Below, piece by piece: positions 58,001-64,000 of a stretch of DNA of 64,000 bases (positions are counted from its first letter, which is position 1; each line of letters starts with the position of its first letter). This DNA is from Gracilinanus agilis. Lineage: Eukaryota. The notes under the pieces are model-generated. The model had not been told where the DNA came from and searched no databases. It saw only the letters and a program-made list of their open reading frames with translations. Location: positions 201,611,718-201,675,717 of the forward strand of contig NC_058130.1 of NCBI RefSeq assembly GCF_016433145.1, written 5' to 3'. Both the position numbers and the translations under genes were made by a program.

Positions 58001-61000
58001 TACTTGACTCTCATCTTTGACAGTTGTTTGGCTAAGTACTTTAATTACATCTAGTTCCCTCTTACTGGTCTCCTCATGCTCCCTTAGATGTCTCTCCAGA
58101 GATCCCCTTCTAGGCAAACTGTGGCCACAAAGGGCACAACGCACAGCTACCCGAGGTCCACCCCCACGCCTTACCCTTCCTGCCCGTCGCCTCCGACTTT
58201 CTGAATGTAGGCGCTGATGGTTCTTTAGCGCCATGCGGTTTGAATAGGTTTTAGGGCAGGTTGGACAGCTGTACTGCCCTATCTCATGGCTCCGACGATG
58301 GTTCAGGAGGCTTCCTGCATGCCGGTAAGTCCTCCCACACTGACCACAATGGAAAGGTCTTTCATCTCTTATCAGTGAGGGTGATGTTGACAGCAGTTTC
58401 CGAGATCCTCCAGAATTGCCATTTCGCCGTTCCCCATGAACACGCTGATGGTTGGCCAGCTGTTTTCGCAACCGAAAGGCTTTGCCACATTCTCCACAAT
58501 GGAACCGACGAGGTTCAGCATGAATACGCCGGTGGTTCTTGAGAGCCATGAGGTTAGAGAAACCCTTGGAGCAGGCCTGGCAGCCAAAATGTCCTGTCTG
58601 ATGGCTCTGTCGATGGTTGATGAGGCTACCAGCATGCTTATATGTCCGACCACACAATTCACAGCCAAAGGGACGATCCATACTGGCCTCCTCTGAATTC
58701 CCCTCTTCTATGCCATCATCTTTTGGTGGTATGTCTTCCTGCTTCATAGAGGGTTCCTCTGGCTCTTTCTTAATGGCTCTCTCTTCAACTGCCTTCTCTT
58801 TAAGCTCTTTTTGCAATTCTTCTGATGGCATCTGCAGTGGCCCTATCTCTGCTGTCTTCTCTGGTTCCTTGCTTTCTACCACAGGGATGACTCCTAACTG
58901 GGGTTCTGCCCCCTTGCAACGGGGATGATTACGCAAATGATTTCGATAGGCAGCCAAATTGGGATATCTTCGGGCACAGATAGGGCAGGCAAAGTCTCCT
59001 GTCTGGTGAGTCTTACGGTGGTTTACCAGGCTCCCACCATGGCGGTAAGTCTTACCACACTGATTGCATTGAAAGGGACGAGGCTGGGCAGGAGAGAGGG
59101 CTTCAGGAACAGCTTCAACACTGCTGCCTTCTATCCCTAATTCAGAGGTTGTGTCTACAGTGCCTACAGCTTCCATACCATCTTTGGACATAGTGTCCAA
59201 ACATGCCTCAGAAATAGTGCTTGTGCCATCTTGGGAGGTAGAGGTCACAGTGCTCTCAAAATTACCACTCAAAGTTGTCTCAGAGATCCCTTCTTTCTCT
59301 TCCAAGTCTGTAGGAATCGTATCCATTCCATCTACTGAAATGCTCCCTAGACTTTGATGGTGGCGCTCCAGACTTCCTAGGTCATCATATGTCTGGCCAC
59401 AGCAAGCACAGATATGCCCATAGCCAGCCCCATCCAACCCCTCTACCTCCCGCTGTAGTTGGTTTAGTAGTTCTGCTTCTGAGAGCTGCAAGGGAGTAGA
59501 GTTAGAGGCCAATGTCTCTTCCTCTTCATCCTCTGAAGAATCCTGGTTCTCACCAGGGGAATCATGGACCTGACTTCTATGTTGTCTATAATCTGCTCGT
59601 CCAGGAAAGATCATCCCACAGAGACAACAAAGAAAAGGTTGGCCTGATGTAGCCTCTCCTGGCCCATGGTTCTGAAAATGGCTTCGCAGAGCAGGGAGTG
59701 AGTCAAATTCCTTAGGGCAGAGTGAGCACTGGTAGATGCCTGGTGGGTGGCAAGGTCGATGATTTAATAAGCCAGCTGTATGGTGGAAAGATCGCCCACA
59801 ATCATGACATGTGTGGTGGCCAGAGGTCCGCCAACCATTGAGAGCCTCAGGGCCATGGGAAATAGTATCATACACACTCTCTTGTTTATGTACTCCTTCT
59901 ACCAAAGCTGGAGTGTCCCTACTGCCTCCCTTATTGCCTGTTATCAGGTTCCCAAGGAAACAGGACTCTTTCCCTGCCAGTCTTTTTTCATTGATTTTGT
60001 CCTCTTCATTACTCTGGAAACAGTCATTTCTTTCTAGCTTACATTTATCTTTTTCAATATCACTCTGAAAACAGTTCTCATTGTTTTCCAACTTGCCATT
60101 GGCCATATTAATTCCATTCACTTGCACATCTTTGTGAAAGTCAGTTTTCTCTTTTTCTTCCTCTTTCACAATCAAATTCTTTTCTTGGTAGCCCTCTGGG
60201 GAGGATTCATTTCTATTTGTTACTAGGACTTCACTGTCACTTCCACCAGAACTCCCAGCAGTCCGCAGCTGATGCCTCTTGCTCCTTCTCCGGCTATGAC
60301 GTCGCAAGTGGCTCTTCATGGCTGCCACAGTATGGAAATGCTTGGCACATGTTCCACAACCAAAGTCACCTGTCTGATGGGTCTGTCTATGGTTGATGAG
60401 ACTTCCTGAGTGTCGATAACTCTTCCCACAGTCTCTACAGGAATAGGCCCTTGGAGGTGACTCTGATGACTCTCCTCTATTATTCTCCCCTTCTTGATGG
60501 GTTTGGCCATGTTGTTTTAAGCTCTCTACATCATCAAAAAGCATCCCACAAAGACCACATATTTGTGCCACTGCCATATCTACTTCTGGATGGCTATCTA
60601 TCGTCCCTTCTTCACTAGGATCTTCTTCCTCTTGGGCTGTTTGCTGTTCTTCAGGGCACTCCTCCTCATGACTAGGAGTAGAATCCTCCCTTTCTAGGCC
60701 AGGTGTGATACTTTCCCCATCATGGCTTAGTGGTTCCTCTCTCCCTTGACTCCCATTGCGTCGTGCTGCCTTAAAATGCACCCTCACATGATTTCGGAGG
60801 GCCATGAGGTTTGGATACTGTCGAGGGCAAAGGGAGCACTGATATTCACCAGTCTGATGGCTGTGACGGTGGTTTACCAGGCTTCCACGATGACGGTAAG
60901 CCCGCCCACACTCACTGCATTTATAGGGGCGGTGGTCTGTAGTGGTAGTTGGAGTAGCAGGATTCTCTTCTTCCTCTGGATCAACCTCTGGTGGCAGTGC

Positions 61001-62374
61001 CATCAGGGATGGTAGTGGTGTGGGAGGTGGTGGTGGTGGCTGCGGCTGTGGCTGTGGCTGCGGCTGTTGCTCCTCTTCCCCTCCACTACGACGAGCTTTA
61101 AGATGAGCCCGCAAGTGATTTTTAAGGGCTGCAGCATTGAATAGCTGCTTTGGACAGACTGGGCAAGGATAGACACCAGTCTCATGACTCTTCCGGTGAT
61201 TGATAAGGCTTCCAGCATGTCGGTAAGTACGGCCACAATCAGCACAACGGAAAGGCCTATATTCTTCTACTCCGCCCTCATTAAGTTCTCCAGCATCAAG
61301 CTCTCCAGAAGTGCTGAACTCTCCAGAGGCATTAAGTTCCTTGGTACCATGAAGCTGACTTCTATCATGGCCATTGGCAGATGGCTCTCCTTTCTCTTCC
61401 CATGGTAGTTCTTTCCCTTCTCCTTCATGGACTTGTTGATGTCCCAACAATTCACTAGGCAGGCGGAAAGCTCGTGGGCATTGGGGACACTGGTAAGGTC
61501 TATACTGAGCATGTAACCTAGAATGATTCTTTAGGGCCATAAGATTAGAAAATTCCTTGAAGCATACAGCACAAGGGTAGACACCTAGGGCATGGCTCTG
61601 ACGGTGGTTAGTTAGGCTTCCAGCATGCTTATAAGTTTTGCCACATTGTCCACACTTATATCGACGTTCATCCTCAGCAGGGGGGGACTGAGGTGGTCTC
61701 TCATTCCCTGTAAAATCCACCATAGATTCAGCTAAATACTGCTCCAAATTGCTAAGAAGGCTACTGGTTGGAGCAGGAAGAGCAGGGGCCTCTGTGGGAC
61801 CTGATGCATTTCCCCACCCCTCTGTACTCTCCTTAGAATTTGTCCTGTTCTCCCAGCCATCCTTGTGTCCAGGTGGCTTTTCCCAGGTACCAGAGGCCTC
61901 CCTAGGATCAGGTCCAGCCTCCCATACATGTGTATTTTGTCCATGATTTGTCTGGTTGTTCCAGTTTTCCCCAGGACCAGGCATATCCCGCCAAATGTCA
62001 GTGGTAGTCATCTGACCCTGAGTATATGATGTGGCCTCTTTGTGGCGGGGAGGCCGCCGCCTCTTTCGGCCCTCCGGGACATGAGTCCTCAGGTGACTCT
62101 TGAGAGCCATAGGATTAGAGAAGTCCTTGTTGCAGGTGGTACAGGGAAAGAGGCCAATTTCATGGGTCCGTCGATGATTGACCAGACTACCTGCATGACG
62201 GTAACCTCGACCACACTGAACACATCTGTATGGCCGAGGGATCTCATCAGCCTCGTCACCATTCCTGCCTGAAGGTGAGCGATGGAGTAGCTCACGGTGA
62301 CGTGCCAGTTCTGGGAGGCTGGGGAAATGACGCTGACAATCAGGGCAGCTGATCAAGGCAGGGGTATCCTCCAT
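55071..62374 (-). CDS. ZNF646: Zinc finger protein 646 (~1,850-1,880 aa, ~30 C2H2 fingers in clusters)
   Basis: Giant coding exon from the ATG at 62374 (acceptor ~62461) to the donor G|GTATGA at 56854/56853. Terminal exon acceptor at 55189 (in-frame TGA at 55127-55125) or at 55114 (stop at 55073-55071). N-terminus MEDTPALISCPDCQRHFPSLPEL and position next to PRSS53 match ZNF646. Confidence 0.95.
61022..61078 (-). repeat. Coding low-complexity repeat (EEEQQPQPQPQPQPPPPPPTP)
   Basis: (GGCTGY)n and (GGT)n on the plus strand inside the ZNF646 exon. Confidence 0.85.
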
Positions 62375-64000
62375 GAGGTGGCAAGGAAAGCTGCAGAGGG
62401 CTCAGGAAACACAGGTAGATGGTGATAACATCTTCTTTCTTTGGAGGAGCAGCAAAGGGAACTAGGAAAAAAGGAAGCATTAAGAAAGGATTTTAGAATA
62501 TACCTTACTGCTTAAGTGGCCATGTCCATTAGTTGTATCTGAAAAGTTACTTCAAGGTCTACATTAAACTCCTAATTCTATTTGATCAAATGGAGATCCA
62601 TCATCTCATTTTTCCTCAGTTGAAAACAGAGATAAAGGCAATCAAGAACTGAAATACTGCCCTAAACTCAAATGGTTCCCTGGATCAAAGGCAGAAATTA
62701 CTATTATCTTTTATCTCTTCTGATCCTCAAAGTTTAGTACCAAGACTCCTTAACTATAGTTGCTATCATAACCTAAATAACCTTTTCCTTTTTTCTTTCT
62801 TTTAGTACTCCTCGAAAATGAATCTGTCTTTAGCTCCCCAAATCATACCCCCTCCCACCTCCTATCTTTATAGATTTGAAATGATAAACCACATTTCCCT
62901 TCCTTCACACTATGTATGGACTGGTGTGCCAGGAGTTTTCTCTCCAAAGTCTTTGAAGATAAGAATAAAGTTAACTTCTTACCACCCCAGCTAAAGTCAT
63001 TATTTGAGGTATGGCCATACTAATACCTTATTGGGACTGCTGGGGATCCAAGTCAGAGCCTCTATCACTGCTCTCCAGTTGAAGATCTGTTAGGTAAAGA
63101 AATCAAGACTCACTGTTCCAATAAATACTAGCCTCTGTAATTATCTATACCCACTTAACTGTTTCACTATTCTAGCTTCATATTTTATTAGATCTCCTCC
63201 CCCCCACTCTCTTCTTTTATTCTTAGCTCTTTGTTGACCCCTCTTCTTTCAACTCCCAAACACACAACTAGTTTCCTATCAAATAAATACCTTATACTTA
63301 TTTTTAAAAAAAGTTTCTAAGTTCAAAAAATGACTTCACAAATCCTATTTCATATACTCCTCATGATTACTCTGGGAGGTAGAGAGAACAGATTTTATCA
63401 TTCCCTCTCACCTTACAGATGAGGCTTCTGAGAAAAGAAGAAGTAACTTGGTTAAGGACACAGAGCTGAGTAAAGAGCAAAGTCAGAGAGTCTTGAACCC
63501 AGGCCTGATTCCTAGTCCTATGTTCCTTTCCCTATAACCAGGTAGTTCCCAACTGCCTTTTGTTCTCCTCTTCTGTGTACAAGTGTTCTTTCTCTCCCAT
63601 ATCTTTTCCCTTCTTCCTTGGTTAGTCTATCCCTTTCCTCTTTTTTTCCTTTGTTCCCCAAGGCACCTTGCTCTCCCACACTTCTGCTCTTGGCCTTCTT
63701 CATATACTTCACACTTATACACATACACAGGTACACACACACCTGACTTCAGCCCTGCCTCTGCTTCCAAAAGGCCCTTTCTTCTGGCTGCCCCAAGTGG
63801 ACCCCACAGTTCTGCTCTTCTCTTTAGATCAATCTCAACCACAGGATCTCTCTAGCTTTGGAAGAAGACACCTGGAAACGAACACATAAATGTTCCACTT
63901 TCTCTCCAGGGCCTTCGAACCAGAAGGGAAGGTCTTGGGTGTCCCACCCCCACCCCTGCTCCCCCCCAAGAGCAGCCAGTACTATCTTCTCCTTCTTCAG

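Noticed and set aside
58017-62272. Plus-strand ORFs antisense to ZNF646
   Set aside because: Expected shadow ORFs opposite a long coding exon.

Overview
Mammalian genomic DNA, GC-poor outside CpG islands. The repeat content (CORE-SINEs of the Monodelphis SINE1 type, marsupial L1 3' ends, hAT-Charlie MITEs) points to a marsupial, most likely a didelphid opossum such as Monodelphis domestica; the species call is an inference. The window is the block syntenic to human 16p11.2, in reverse orientation, with seven intron-containing genes. In order: PRSS36/polyserase-2 (+, 5' end outside the window), PRSS8/prostasin (+), KAT8/MOF (-), BCKDK (-), a ~10 kb LTR/L1/MITE-rich interval with a 310-N assembly gap, VKORC1 (+), PRSS53/polyserase-3 (+) and ZNF646 (-, non-coding exon 1 outside the window). 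I traced coding exons by hand through GT-AG junctions, and each joined CDS stays in frame. Comparisons with human proteins are from memory and need alignment. Best leads: (1) ZNF646's terminal exon has an in-frame TGA just before a conserved, CtBP-motif-like tail, plus a second in-frame acceptor that would bypass the stop. (2) All three 3n-length short introns of KAT8 are stop-free in frame, unlike those of neighbouring genes. (3) VKORC1 carries substitutions at warfarin-resistance positions (R58P, H68P, D36S, V45L), lacks the R98 ER-retention arginine and has a canonical KKXX tail. (4) There are two convergent 3'-end junctions (PRSS8/KAT8, PRSS53/ZNF646). (5) Nested transposon stacks with readable TSDs include a hAT MITE with perfect 17-bp TIRs.
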